A DNA stretch of 46,512 nucleotides, taken from Parcubacteria group bacterium (lineage in GTDB: Bacteria; Patescibacteriota; Minisyncoccia; Phycocordibacterales; Phycocordibacteraceae). Of this stretch, positions 46,180-46,512 are shown piece by piece. The translations under genes and the position numbers were made by a program. The notes beneath the pieces were generated by a model. It saw nothing but the letters and a program-made list of their open reading frames with translations. It ran no database searches and was not told the origin of the DNA. The stretch is from NCBI GenBank assembly GCA_028286825.1, contig JAQBQV010000005.1, positions 1 through 46,512 on the forward strand, in the 5' to 3' direction. Position 1 is the stretch's first letter. Each line of letters starts with the position of its first letter.

Positions 46180-46412
46180 AAAAAACGGGAGTAAGTAATA
46201 AAGGTTCTAATCTCCGAACTTCTCTAGGCTCTCAAGCTCATTCTCGTCCCTCCAGACCATCCCACGAGTCCACGAGGCGTAAGAAATGTATTGGTCTGGA
46301 TTGGATAAGGGAGGTTCTAATATTCTGCAAGAATGACCACCCGAGAAGACATTGGTGCTGAACTAAGTCTTTCGCCTTAAGAATGCTACATGCTTCAAGA
46401 GTTCCAAATTAA

Positions 46413-46511
46413 CTAGAGAAACCTGATCATGTCCGTGTTTATTTGTGCGCTAGACACTTTGTAGCGAGTATCGCTCGTGTCGTATTTGTAACGCACCTCG
46501 TGTATCACGAC
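46413..46511 (-). CDS. Possible C-terminal end of a gene entering from the right edge
   Basis: Open frame ...VVIHEVRYKYDTSDTRYKVSSAQINTDMIRFL*; too short to classify. Confidence 0.3.
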   Translation of the reverse strand, partial: VVIHEVRYKYDTSDTRYKVSSAQINTDMIRFL

Positions 46512-46512
46512 G

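Larger units (their letters stand above)
43157..46321 (+). mobile_element. AT-rich defence cassette bounded by bipartite direct repeats
   Basis: GTATTGGT-N13-GGGAGGTTCTAAT at 43157-43190 and 46288-46321; abrupt AT-rich composition; located downstream of a tRNA. Confidence 0.6.

Noticed and set aside
1-46512. Alternative genetic code (UGA=Gly)
   Set aside because: dnaX, tgt, uvrB and ddl end at TGA at plausible C-termini, and none of the conserved genes is interrupted by an in-frame TGA.

Overview
This is a chromosomal window from a streamlined bacterium. The gene content, compact core proteins and mostly leaderless genes suggest Patescibacteria/CPR (Parcubacteria-like); that assignment is inference. 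TGA is used as a stop codon. The backbone carries dprA, serS, an FtsQ-like gene, dus, dnaX, a Fur/ZIP pair, a VirD4/TraD-like ATPase, an FKBP, tgt, uvrB-uvrA-uvrC and ddl. Two tRNA genes each anchor an AT-rich accessory region. (1) Downstream of tRNA-Gln(UUG) (about 7.0-12.8 kb, possibly to about 16.9 kb) is a head-to-tail array of unrelated one- or two-gene units. They are separated by ten copies of a 24-25 bp direct repeat, close to GTTCC(C/A)ACGTCGT(A/C)CCA(G/C)(A/G)CGG(C/T)CA. Most copies follow a stop codon closely, and most precede a -10 box and a leaderless ATG. The array looks like an integron-like gene-cassette array with non-attC sites that resemble the tRNA 3' end. No integrase is present in the window. 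This is the best candidate for an undescribed system. (2) Downstream of tRNA-Ala(UGC) is a small element built from inverted and direct copies of the tRNA 3' end. It is followed by a SIR2-HerA anti-phage module bracketed by a different 34-bp bipartite direct repeat. Other points of interest: a structured ncRNA upstream of dnaX, duplicated non-coding modules in the array, two tandem acidic microproteins, a FimV C-terminal motif inside a large orphan protein next to the coupling ATPase, Zn-motif loss in DnaX and TGT, and loss of the insertion domain from UvrA.
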